From positions 7,192,001 through 7,256,000 of the forward strand of contig OZ004615.1 in assembly GCA_963924565.1 (NCBI GenBank): DNA of 64,000 nt. Reading direction: 5' to 3'. Under the pieces are notes generated by a model. It was not told where the DNA came from and did not search any database. It saw only the letters and a list, made by a program, of their open reading frames with translations. The position numbers and the translations under genes were made by a program. This DNA comes from Ascidiella aspersa (lineage: Eukaryota). Every line of letters begins with the position of its first letter. Positions within the stretch are counted from its first letter, which is position 1. Shown piece by piece: positions 38,701-50,700 of the stretch.

Positions 38701-41543
38701 TTTACATAGCGTGGCCCGTGAGAACTTCGCAACTCAGCATTAGTTGTGGACAGAGCTCCGCACTGTAAATAACCCTATTTGACTAAAGATAATTAATGCG
38801 TAGCTTCGACTTTTTGCTTCCGCTTGTAAAATAACCAGTCAACCGTTTAATACCGGAAGGTCACACTTGACTGAAATGGTTGCCACGTAGTTGGTATTTA
38901 TTGCAGTGACGTAAGTAGTAGTCATAAAATATTATAACACAATTTATGGCATTGTTATGTGACATTAAGACCTATTTTGCCTGAAATACAAGTCTCCTCA
39001 AAATATGTCAGAACTATATATTAAAAAGCTTAAAATGAAAGCCAAAAAAATTTTAGGAATGAGTTTTGTCGCACGCTTGTGTATATTTCAATTAATTTGA
39101 ATTCCATATTCGTTGGTGCCTTTATATTAATTTTTATTTATGTATTATGCCTACTCCCTGAAGACGACTTGTAAAAACAAACCCACAACTAATTGCGTAT
39201 AACTACATTGTACAGCTGTTGCGAAAGTACCACGAAGATTGCCAGACTGGTAGGGAACGAGATTACCTGATCCTTCGGGACCGCGAAGAGGATATCAAGC
39301 AAACTTTCTGCGCTGAGACCGTCGAAGAAATATTTGAGGTAACTCGACCGTTTTGCTTAAAAAATGCCGTCATAGAGAAGAAATATAATATGCAAATTTT
39401 ATTTCTAACTTTGACGTCCGATCCAGCTACGGATGCTAAAGCGAATCATATCAAATAAAAAAACATTTCGTAAACATTTCCGTTAATTGGTGAAGCGCTG
39501 TGGAGAGCAAGGGATAGACACAACCCGCGTCTTTTTGAAAATACTTTTTCGATTTAGAAATACTGTATATAGCCCCACGGCCTGTTTTTTTTTAATAAAA
39601 TTACGAAATTACGATTCCAAAAACTGTTCAGTGTACAGTAACCATCTTGGACCTGCTAAGCAAAAGCCTAACTCGAAATGGAATAGTTGCAAGTGTTTTG
39701 TATCAATTAATGTTGGTTGTGATTCCCGTCTTGGTCTTTGACAGCTTTTTCTAGATTTGCTCTCACTTAGTTTTATCTTTTATCTATTTATAAAACCACT
39801 TGATACATGCTTTACGCCAGTGCTCTTCAACCGGTGTGCACGGTTGGCATGATGATATTGATATACGTAAGGATTTTTTCATTACCTTTTAAGTAAACAG
39901 GGTCCATGAGTTCGTCATAAACAGCTTTAAGGGTTCACCAAACCAAGAAAGGTTGAAGAGCACTGCTTTACGCAACACAGCGAGCTTTAAAAACGCTAAA
40001 TTCGTTAATGCCGGGCTAATATTGTTATACTGATGCTAATACTATAATTAGCCTTAAACTATCAACTAAGGAAGCATCATCTCAAATGGTCCAATACTGC
40101 GCGTTGGTCGATTAACCTGTGTCGTACGCACTCATTCCAATTATTCAGAATAATTTTATAAAAAAGCTTCACAGTGACGCCGAACCATTGAGCAAGGAAA
40201 TTGTTTTAACCTTTAATGTCACGCCATTTTGGGCTGGAAAACGTTAAAACAGCCTGAGACTGAAATTTTTGGCGGCTTTGTGCAGAACCTAAAGAGTAAC
40301 GGAAGCGAGTGGGCCAAGGAACAGCTAAAGATACTCAGTCGGATGTCGCCAACTTCGCTCAAAGTCACCCACAAGCAGCTACAAATGGGCGAGAGCCTGA
40401 ACCTCGACGAGTGCTTACAAATGGAGTACAGGTGAAATCTTCGCTGAACGGCTGTGGTTCAGTGGTTGCATAAAGGCACCTTGAAACTACAGTCATTCGC
40501 CGCCTTGAATGCAGCTGGCTGACTTTTCAGCTTGCGTTGTCATTTTTGATTTACCGAGTTATTTTACACAAGGTTTTGTGTAAACCGGCCTTACAGGCCC
40601 AATGTTAGCCGGAGCACATTGTAATCTTTAATTATGAAAAAACATTTGACAGCTTGTCCACAGTAAGCAGTTGGTAGGAGTTCTGATATAGATGTTTAGA
40701 TTCCTAACAGGTGTTGCCACAAAGCCGTTATGTACTTTGGAAGTGAAGTAGTAAAACATACATTTTATAAAATGTGCGGCAACCCTGCCTTATTGTACCG
40801 TAACTTTTTTAATTTTTCGTGTAGAAAATTTGGACTAATTAAGTTATTTTTAGAAGCAAAGATGTTAACCAGGTGAAACCACTGGCTTACACAGGTTGTT
40901 AAAGTCACTGTGCACTTACATATGTATTAACATACATCTCTCAATATAGAATCCAGGAGAGACGTATAAATGACATTACAAATAATGTTGAAAGTGACTA
41001 CGTCAGCTTCAATACAGCCTTGGACCTTTGGACCCTTATTTTGTTTCTAAACACCTCAATCAGCTGCTCCCTCTAAATAGACTGAATGTTATCGCTGCGT
41101 AAAAGTCATCCAGCGTGCGCGGACGTTATCGATAACCTGCAGATTTTGCTGCCCCCCATAGATATAAGTCTGGTGGAAAAAACAAAAAAAATATACAAAA
41201 ATATATTAGAAACGTGCACCGTGACTTTACGAACAAAACACCATGTGCTATGTTTTGAAATTTTACCCAAGGTAAGGAAGCCAGAATTTGATATGCTTTC
41301 ATTATGTACACGAAAAGTAAACACAGTTTACAAAAAATACACAACAAACTGTAAATATTCTTCAGCATCGGCAGTCACTGCCTGAGAAACAACGATTTCC
41401 AAGAGGGCGTGCGGGCGCTCCTGGTGGACAAAGATCACAGTCCGAAGTGGAAGCCCGCCACCTTGCGGGAAACCACCGACCAATTCGTAGACAGCTACTT
41501 CGCAATTCCCGACGGGGTAGCTGAGTTGTCGCTCTCCGAGTAA
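35708..41543 (+). CDS. HIBCH: 3-hydroxyisobutyryl-CoA hydrolase, mitochondrial (crotonase family); 7 coding exons, 407 aa
   Basis: Exons 35708-35974, 36596-36719, 37147-37323, 37757-37965, 39216-39338, 40286-40431, 41366-41543 (TAA). Motifs: [85 protein letters not shown]. The N-terminus is basic and hydroxylated, like a mitochondrial presequence. Confidence 0.96.
38081..38400. repeat. Tandem duplication, 2 x 160 bp, in HIBCH intron 4
   Basis: Units 38081-38240 and 38241-38400 are identical except for one A/G difference (agcaatgtcc vs agcagtgtcc). Confidence 0.95.
39818..39965. mobile_element. 148-bp hAT-like MITE
   Basis: Perfect TIR CAGTGCTCTTCAACC; perfect TSD CTTTACGC. Confidence 0.9.
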
Positions 41544-44005
41544 GATTCCTATTAAACGTTTCACGAAACGAGCCGCATAATCTTTCAACAACGCGTCTTG
41601 CGTGCAACTGACTGTGAACATTCGAAATTTGGTTTTAAATTGATTTCTCACTGTCCTGAAATTTGTTCGCGCTGCGGAATTGCCGCCTGGAAGCTTAAAA
41701 CTCGAGTTTGCGTTTACCGACGTTTTTAAAGGGTTTAGCGCGCTTTTCGAGTCTCCAATAATGACGAACTGCCACCTGCGATCACTTGATCTCATTTGTT
41801 TTCCTCCAACTGGACGTTAGCAAAACACAGTTTTCAAGGCTATATTTACATGTTGTACATAGGTTTTGGCGAACTACCACCCACTGCAAATACTTTGGCA
41901 ATTTATTCACTGAATGTTTAAATTAGACCTCGCAATAAATATCTGGCATCTTTCATGGTTTATGTACGGTATACCGCTTATACGCGAGAAAAACTTTAAG
42001 CAATTGCTTCCAGGCTTGTTGTGATTAGTTAATTTACTAAAGATAACTGTAACCAATCTGTAAAATATATCTCCATGTTCCTAGAAAGAGAGCGAGCTTG
42101 CCGAATAACACCTTCTTTTAAAAAAACGAAAGGGCGTTTCGTTTTGACCATTTTTCAGTGGTGCTATTGGCTTGTGCCCGTTGGCGTTTAAAGTGATGTT
42201 ACGTAAGCAGTGGTTTTGTTTACTTCCGTTTCCTGACGTTTTATACACGGGCGATCGACAAAGAAAGATTTGTCAAAGAAACTGTTAAAGCCGTTTCGTA
42301 CTTTCATAGCTTTTTCGTACTTTCACCTTCTCCAAGTTGGGAGCGTTTTTGCGAACTTGCATGTTTTCTTAGTTCGATATAATATAATATTCTATACTCT
42401 GTCGCGTACTGGTGATTTACGTGCGAATAAACCAAGTAGCGAACATGTATAATCGTACCGCCCGTCCATATCGGACTGGACTGAGCTTCAAGATTTTTTT
42501 TCCGAGTATTCGTTGCGTTACAAAATAAATTCATTTACCATTGCAGAGGTTTCCGGTCTACTAATGCAAATACTGTTATGCAACATTTTGCCAGCTTGCA
42601 AATTTACCGAGAGTTCATTTTGTTCCAAAATTTTAACAAAATAAATTAATTTTACTAGATCGATGAGGTTTCCGTTAACATTTTTGTAGTTTGCATGAAT
42701 GTAAAAGACCAGGATTGCGCAACTCAAACTGTTAAAAAAAACTGTCCAAAGGTAAGTTAAAAAAAAACGCACTTTTGAAATATTTTGTTAAGTTCATGCA
42801 AGACATTAGCAAATCCGCACTTCAACATTGAAGTACAGTAATAAACCAAAAAAGTTGGTCATCTTGAGACGCATACAAGGTTGTGCTGGTCTGTGATAAC
42901 TGAACCTTATTTATATAGTTACTTCCGAAACTAAAATTACGGCCTTCAAAATAACTCTTATGTTATAAAACAAAATGTGTACACATTTGATTCGAAGTGT
43001 TAAAGTTCTAAACAGAATTATTTAATCCACTTAGAGAGGACAGTGAGAACACAATTGAGCATGTGCATCTATCGTCGTTATTTATGACGAGTTCAGGCGG
43101 TTAGAGATGTTTAAAGTAGAATACCGGTGAATTCTAGAATATTAGCTTCGATAATAGAATAACGAATCCTAGTACATTTCTATCGAAACTTATATATATA
43201 TCTTTTTAGGGGACTATTCAACATAAAAAAAACTCTCCAGCTATTTAGTCCGTTGTGTAAAACATTATGTTTATAGGTATTCTAATATAAACGTGTTCTG
43301 TTATATTGTGCTACAAATAATACAAAGCTATTGCTTCCAGCAATGTGTTCGTAAACCATACTTGACAATTATACTGTGCGTAACCTCGCTGAATGTTGGC
43401 CAGAAATTGACCTTGAGTAACCCCGTAGCGCATTTTGTCCGACGGCGCACGTTTTACAAAGGAATATGTCGTTTGCAACTTAACGCATTTAAGGGAATTG
43501 CTAACTCTGCTTCTGGCATTACAAATTAGTGACTCGCCCAATAACACGATTGACACTTACTTATTAGGCGAAGGTTATCGTGGCGTAATTGTTCGCCCGA
43601 AAAAAAAAAACACTGACGGTACACTGCATGGTCAAGATCCATAAATGCATCGCCACCACTACAGGCTTTTATATAAACTTGCCACTCGAGTATGTGCAAT
43701 TAGGAGTATCAATCCTTGGTAAAACGAATAAGTTACATCGGTTTCAGTGACTCGTTATAGGCGGAAAAACAGTATACTAATCCAATTTATATTCGAACGT
43801 AGGTATCCTAATTTGTACTTTGAACAAGTCTACAGCCGGTGTAAACTAATATCTATATTTGTAAAGTATTTTCGTTTTAGCTTTATTAGGATTACATCAG
43901 CGTTCAAAGTAAAATAATTTTCTTAATGATACGCATGAAAAAATTTCAGATAGTATAAGATAAGTGTATTGGCGTATGGTTGTTTCTCGATTCGTTCCTC
44001 TCTGA

Positions 44006-44225
44006 GCCTGTGTAGTCTAGTTGGCAGAGCGACGGTCCCGGTTAGACCGGAGGTCGTGAGTTCGAACCTCATTGTAGGCTACTTGTTTTTCCAACCTACC
44101 TTAATTGCATCATTGATCGACAGATGTGGTGAGTCTACAATGGCTTTTCGGTGTAATAATGATACGTAAGCCGTAATCGTTGGTCAAAAAGCAACTTCAG
44201 AAGGACTAGATTACAGTTGTTGACA
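44006..44225 (+). mobile_element. tRNA-derived SINE (or tRNA pseudogene) with a near-complete cloverleaf head at 44006-44080
   Basis: Acceptor stem GCCTGTG/TGTAGGC, A-box TAGTCTAGTTGG, T-arm GTGAG-TTCGAAC-CTCAT, and a T5 run at 44086-44090. The 3' blocks ATCGTTGGTCAAA and GGACT(A/G)GAT(T/C)ACAGTTGTTG are shared with the element at about 23330-23545. Confidence 0.7.
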
Positions 44226-44353
44226 TAGATATGTGTGTGAATCTTTCATTAAGTAAAAGTTGTTTAATAATTAATTTTTTTTGTCGACTACACCGGCGGG
44301 TGTCTATCAACTTTCCAGCAACAGTATCAGGCGACAGAGGTTTCGGCTCCAAT

Positions 44354-47300
44354 TTATTTCAAAGCGAAACGTACGCGAATCGGCGCGGAATTAAAAGCTG
44401 TGCCGAACGAGAAGCAATTGCTCCCGCCGCCCAGGACCAGCAGCTCGACTGCATTCGTCCTGCCGCTCAGAACCACGCTGACGTGTCCGTGTAGCATGAG
44501 CGGACGTTCTGGGCCCGGCTGATCGATCGCAAACGTCTTGATCCAGGCTCGCGAATCAAGATCGATCAGTTGAATCTGGTCGAGTAGGGAGTGCGGCCGG
44601 GCGTGGAGAACGGCGGAGGGAGGGAAGCGAACCCCGCCGATTAGCGCGAGGTAGCGCTCTTCAAAAACGTGTGAAGTGTGCGAGTAGAGCGGATCCAATT
44701 GGGGGTGGATCTCCAACCTAAAATAGATTGTTTTAATGTCATCAAATATTTTTCGCGTTACTTTGAAGGTAACTGCTCAGTCTGACACAGTGGCCGAGCT
44801 CGCAGGTGGACACAAGCTCGCGAATGGGTGGCAAAGCAATAGAGCTATGTTTCTGTTTTGTTGTTGTTCCACAATTTTTATCTTGCAATTTGAAATCATT
44901 TAATATTATAATAAACAAAACCTATCATTCCATTCAATTTTTTTAAATATTGTAATAGTACTTTTTTCCTATCAAGCAGTCGAAAGAGCAACTCATACCG
45001 CATTATAAAGACCTTCTGCAACTAAAATACTTTCGCCACTCGAACAACAGTATGGTGTACTTATAAAACGCTCACCTTACAACCGTCGCAGAGCCCGAAG
45101 TGTCGAGTTCTATCGAAAATACACCGTTTAGTGGAGTTTCGCTTCCGTCCAGGCCGCCAGACACGACGGCGGTATGTTTTCGCCAAAACGCGCAGGAGTG
45201 AGAATGCCGTGGACCAAGGACTTCGGTATCGCCATCTAACTTCAACTGAGTCACATCGTGAGAATTCAGGTCAAAGCCCCAGCAATCGCCGAACGCTTCG
45301 TTTTGGTTTCGTCCGCCAAAAAGCAGCATTGTTTCGCCCGAAGCGGTCTCGATTCTTACCGCACTATGTCGCCATCTCGCGGAGGGAAGGATTTTCGATT
45401 GACTCGAAATCGGGAAACTTTCCAATGAAAAATCCCCGTCCCCGATACTCAGCTTTGCCACCGTAACGGCGTTTGAAGCGCTCTTTGGCGACGTTCTCCC
45501 ACCGAATATAACAATTTTCGTGCACCCGCCGCCGTGATTAGTGGCTAAAATTGTTGTGCAGTGCATCGGGTGGAGGAGTTTTTCTGCTTTCATGAGCTCA
45601 TAGCCTTGCCCGTTTTCAAAATTGAAGAGCACTGGCCTGTCTATCCTTTTGTGTGACACGTCGAACTTTCCATTTTTGTTGGTTTGGTTCGTAAGTTGAA
45701 TTCCGAATCCTCCGAGAATCAGAACCTTGGAGACGTCCTGACCTATTGGGATGGCACAATGGCCGAACAAGCAAGGACCGGTGATGTTAGAATTCAGCTG
45801 CACTTGAATTAGTTCGGGTTCGTTGGTTATCTTCTGTTCGTCATGCAAATCTAAAAATATATGTTTTATTAACACTACAGCATACAATTTATAATATGTC
45901 ACAACACACCAGGTATCTACATACCAATTTATAGATTTTAAATACAATAGTGCCAGATACCACCAGGCAGTACCCAACAAAAGTAAGCAGGCAATGGTAA
46001 ACCAAAATGGTTTTACAATAAATCAAATTAATAAAACAGTTAGTTTACCAAATATCTCACCCTTTAAGCTTGATTTCCTATTTAAGCAGGTTTTGCAGAA
46101 AGTTTGCAGACTGCTTTCCTGTGAATTGGTGCTGCACATGATAAAGTAATGCAGGCACATTTGGTGCCAGCCTTCAAACTCGTCAAACATCTCAATCTGA
46201 CTGACACGCTTCTTTTCTTCTGGCGATAAACATTCAGTGTAAAACTGGTGCAGATCTTTGGCGCTTGAATTTGTGAAACCAAAACTTTTGTGACGTTTCT
46301 GCTGAGCATCCAAAGTTGGATATTTACCAATAGTTAAGAGTGGACTGCCCATTGTCTCAAAGTGCCTACAAAGCGAGTACATGGTGTAACCTTTAGTACC
46401 TGTTTTTTGTTATATTACAAGTAATCCAGTTTATAGAAAAAATATTAAACACGTAAATTGGGTTTCCAATATGTTTACCTCAGCATAACTTTGCCAAATC
46501 CATCCTGGGGTAACATCTGCTCAAAAACAAGCATTACAGCTTCTGAGAATGCATGGTTGATCCACTTCAAAACGTTGTTTGACTGAGAACTTGTTATGTA
46601 CTAAGAAACACTGCAGATGTCATCATTATGCAAAAAGGAATATGTGCCAAGTATTTGCTTGACCAAACTTACAGTTAGGACAACTTCAGACAAAAAAAGT
46701 GTTGGCACAGTTGTATCAATTCCGCATGACTTCAGTGTTTTTGTAAGCTCAGATCCGGCTTGTCTCAAGTCAAAACCAACAGCGGTATACTCTTTATTTC
46801 TATCAATACATAAAATGTTATATAACAGCTATCAGGATAACATGCCAAATAATAACAAATATGTGGAAACAGTTGTTATAGAGGTACATGAGTACAAAAC
46901 TATGGGTTATTGTTCTGGCTAAAAAAATTTGCCAAAAATCCAAAAAAAATATTGTTTCTCAGGCTTGCAATTTATACCAAAACGTTTTTTTTTTATTTTG
47001 AACCTGAAAACTATGTTAGAGTTGGACAACTGGTCAGTTGAATCTTCATCATCCAAGAACAAGTTGTAAGATTTTGCCAACATGACTTTCCTTCTCATGA
47101 CAGCAGGGTAATCAATTTCAACATATTTAATTTGCTTTTCTGCATTATTTTTTAGATTATCTTTTATCCAAAAAAATGTTGTGTCAAATCCAGCGCCCAA
47201 AGACACAATTTGTATTTGTGATGACATTTCTAAAAGCAAAATAAGCGTTGGTCAACAATTGCTTCAAATTTTCTTTTAACCCTAAGGAAAAAAGTTAATA

Positions 47301-47964
47301 TTACAAACCAGACCCAACCTTCAAGATATTGAGAGAGTACATAACGAATTGCTTTTGTTCGTATGTAATATCCTCGGTTGATTAGAGGTGACCTTCTCTG
47401 AGGCTTTTTGACAAAACATTTCAGGTAGTTCTCCTCTATGTAACCCTTGTTTACCATTGACAATTTACTAACAATGCTGTTGTCATTTGTTCCTTGAACC
47501 TAAAAGTCACACATATATATTGAAAACATTGGCGCTGGTCTACAATCCTACCACAACACACATTGTTATTTAAGTTAGGGTGCAGGTTAGCATTTTGGTT
47601 TTGGTAGGCCAAGTATTATTATTAAATATAAATAATAACACTTGACCCACCCACACCCAAACGCTAATCCCTACCCTAACCCAAATATTATGTGTTCGTT
47701 TAATAATTGTTTCAATGCTGTGAATTTGTTTCAAATGCTGTATTTCGATGCTTTGATTTTATACTTTATGATGAGTAATAAATCCACAGGAAAATGACCG
47801 AATTCAAAGCTAAATAAATACATCAATTGTGCTATAGGGATAACGTTACAACTGTGTATATGAAATGACATGCTAATATTTCTAAGTGCAAAAATAGTAA
47901 AAAACCAAATAAAACAACCCACTTGTAGTACGTTGCTTGAAGTCTTTTCAACTTGGCAAGTCAT
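44354..47964 (-). CDS. LCMT2: tRNA wybutosine-synthesizing protein 4 / leucine carboxyl methyltransferase 2 (LCM methyltransferase domain plus Kelch propeller); 8 coding exons, 713 aa
   Basis: Minus-strand exons 47964-47923, 47499-47319, 47229-47004, 46799-46673, 46600-46479, 46365-46061, 45850-45076, 44717-44354 sum to 2142 nt with consistent phases. Motifs: VQGTNDNSIVSK, RRSPLINRGYYIR, QIVSLGAGFDT (SAM binding), EIDYP, PTLFLSEVVLTY, EMFDEFE; Kelch-like ILGGFG, IFGGRTSP, ARWRHSA, LFGGR, PRHSHS; and C-terminal VLGGGSNCFSFGT. Confidence 0.95.
47531..47695. mobile_element. Truncated foldback MITE type B in LCMT2 intron 1
   Basis: GGCGCTGGTCTACAATCCTACCACA plus the TTAGGG/CCCTAA palindromic core; the right TIR is missing. 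Confidence 0.75.
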
Positions 47965-48687
47965 GATTTACTGAATTTTAAAATTTTATGCCTTTAATAT
48001 ATACTCAGTTTGGAATTCAATAGGTTTATCTTGTAAATATGTTATATCCAATTTTATAAAAAGTCAATCATTTCCTTGGAGAAACACAATGATAATTCAT
48101 TAGGTTATAGTTTTGGGAAAGTACCTTAGTGAAAAATGTTTTTATTTTAGATACATAGACCAAAGAGTAAAAACTCTTTGCATAGACTGTACAAAAAATA
48201 TAAGTAAAATTCGATGTTGTTAAACGTCCTACATTAATGAATAAAATGCAATTATTTTAAAGCAATACAAAAAGTTTGTGGTTGTTTGATTGTTTGTGCT
48301 GAATAACACGAACGAATTCCGGAGAGACGCAAAAAGTATGCATTGCGTTTGCTAACTTGTTGTCACATTTAGAACGTGTGAGAAAAATACGTTTGTCTAA
48401 AGTAGATTCGCACAAAGTTCGAAAAATTGTCGCTTTTATCTACGGCTAAAGCAGTGGTTCTCTACCGGGATGCCGCGGCACTCTAAGGGGCCAAGAAATT
48501 TATTAATTTCTATTGGTAATCTTCTTGATACATTTTTTGTGTGCATTAAAATCACAAAATATTAGATTTTTCAACCTTGTTGTGCAGTTAATATGCTTGT
48601 CAATCTCCTTTATTGTAACGTTACAGGTAACCAATCGTCAAGAATGCGAGCAAGGTTGTCGCGAACTACTTATAATTTCAATTTAAA

Positions 48688-49181
48688 AGTTCCGGTTCAG
48701 CTCCGGTTCGACCATCGTTATTTCAAAACCGGTTCATAAAGTTCCGGTTCAGATATAATATAATTTGCGTTAAATCTCAAAATGTGGGTCGATAAATGTA
48801 GAGAATAATCTTTGAATTGTAAGTCATTTAATCTAAGTTACGTGACGTATTAAAAAACCAGCACTCGTTACTGAAATATCTAAAAAATAAAAAATAAACG
48901 TTTTATTTATTTAATATTCATATATATTTTTCATAAGATTTCGAACATAGGACGTTACTTGACTCTGTAAAATAGAAGTTGTGACGTCATGCTAGAGAGA
49001 ACCGCTTTTATTTATAGGTTCGGGTTCGATTAAGATTCAGGTACTTCCAAAATATTCGGTTCAGTTCCGGTTCGGCTCCTTAAAATCTTACAAAACCTGG
49101 TTCAGGTTCGGTTACGGTTCGAACAAAATTGACCCCAAACCGGTTCATAAAGTTCCGGTTCGGTTCCGGTTCGACTCCCTG
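48688..49181. mobile_element. Partial hAT-like element with CCGGTTC subterminal arrays
   Basis: Many (T)CCGGTTC repeats clustered at both ends; terminus ...TCGACTCCCTG. Confidence 0.65.
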
Positions 49182-49283
49182 TTTTAAACACAACACACAC
49201 ACTCTGACGCCACCTAACGATTTACTTAAAGTTAAACGAAGTTTACCCGGTTACGTTTTTTTCCATATTGGATTGGCCTAAAT

Positions 49284-49897
49284 CAGGGGCGGGCAACGTG
49301 CGGCCCTTTCCCATTTTTTGTGCGGCCCTTCGCCTTCTTCCAGATATTTTTCCCTAAATAAGTGTATTTTGTGCGCACCAATGTTGGAACTTTTGCTCTT
49401 TCAGTTTCCTGTTTAAAAGTGCAATGTAACCCATAGGCTACACCGCTACACTAATGCAGTTGTTGAACTCGAATGGGAAGCATCTATTACAAAGCAATCT
49501 TTATTCATAAAATTTTACTTGCGTCACGTTGGTATGATAAAGAATTGTTTTGCAACAATTACACTTGTCTGCTACGACTTTTGCCGCGCATATTGACTGA
49601 GATGTTATGTTTAACAGCTGGTTTTGAATTATTGCTGTTAAATAGTTTGCGTCTATGCACATCTGGCCTGGAACCAAACATTGACAAGTTGGTTCAAAAT
49701 ATCCAACATCAGCCTTCTCACTAACTTCTATTTGAACATCCACATGTGTGTCTGCTATGATATTTCATTGTGTTTTTCTAGTAAAAGCTGAAAATCTCAA
49801 TTAGTGTGTATTTGTTGTGCGGCCGCATTAATTTTCCTAAATTGTAAGCATTGAATTTCCTAACTGGCCCATGTGTTAAAAAGGTTGCCAGCCCCTG
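49284..49897. mobile_element. hAT (Charlie-like) MITE
   Basis: TIRs CAGGGGCGGGCAAC / GTTGCCAGCCCCTG; TSD GCCTAAAT/GCTTAAAT. Confidence 0.8.
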
Positions 49898-50700
49898 GCT
49901 TAAATCAACTGAAAATATTTTAACTCAGGTTAATTAATGCAGCTTTTCCAAACTATTTTAAATGAATTGACTCCAAAATCTTTCTTTACTTACGAAAACA
50001 TGTCCAACTACATGGTCAAAACCATATTTGTAAAGAGAGCTCGTAAATCATATTTATGACATCTAAAGTGCAAGATTTGTAATGTCAGGAACGTAAAATT
50101 GACGGACAAACAAAATAGGTTATTGCGGGATTGAGTTTGGTATATCTGGTCTCTGGGGTCTGTGAAAGCTATCAGTTAGTAATATGCACAACATGAACTT
50201 TACAGTTTGTTGAGATAGGAATTAAAATAAATGCTAAGATGATGTGTTTGGGGACTTATCTTGAACTATGGACTCAGGAAGTTTTGTAAAATGCTAATAG
50301 AATTTCATACCACCACACTAATTAGCCTATTTCAGCCGACTAAGAGGAAGAAAAACACAAGCTTTTTTTAATTTTTCGTTTTGGATATCTTGACTTTTCA
50401 ACCCTTCGAAATGGCACCTTAAAAGGTAATATTGTATTTCCAGTATTTTTCATTTGCAACGAGTTGGTGAAAAGTTTTATTTAGATTTCAACGTCAACTA
50501 CTATATTTTTTCAATTCTGTGTCGTAGAATTTCATCACTCTTAGTTGTTGAAAAAAAAAATCGATTTTGGTTGCAAATAGGGGTTATACCATTATCAATA
50601 TAAGCATTTTAAACCAATTATGCAACGCTAAGTGTCAAACGTATTAATTTATTAGGCAATTTTAAAGCCATATTTCTAGTTTTCACTCGTTAGTCTAAGC

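Noticed and set aside
41328-41795. 155-aa minus-strand ORF
   Set aside because: Antisense to the GC-rich last HIBCH exon and its 3' UTR, with no recognisable motif.
44006-44080. Functional tRNA-Thr(GGT) gene
   Set aside because: The anticodon arm is 2 nt too long, U33 is absent, the D-stem is imperfect and the 3' flank is shared with another dispersed copy. It is treated as a SINE or pseudogene.
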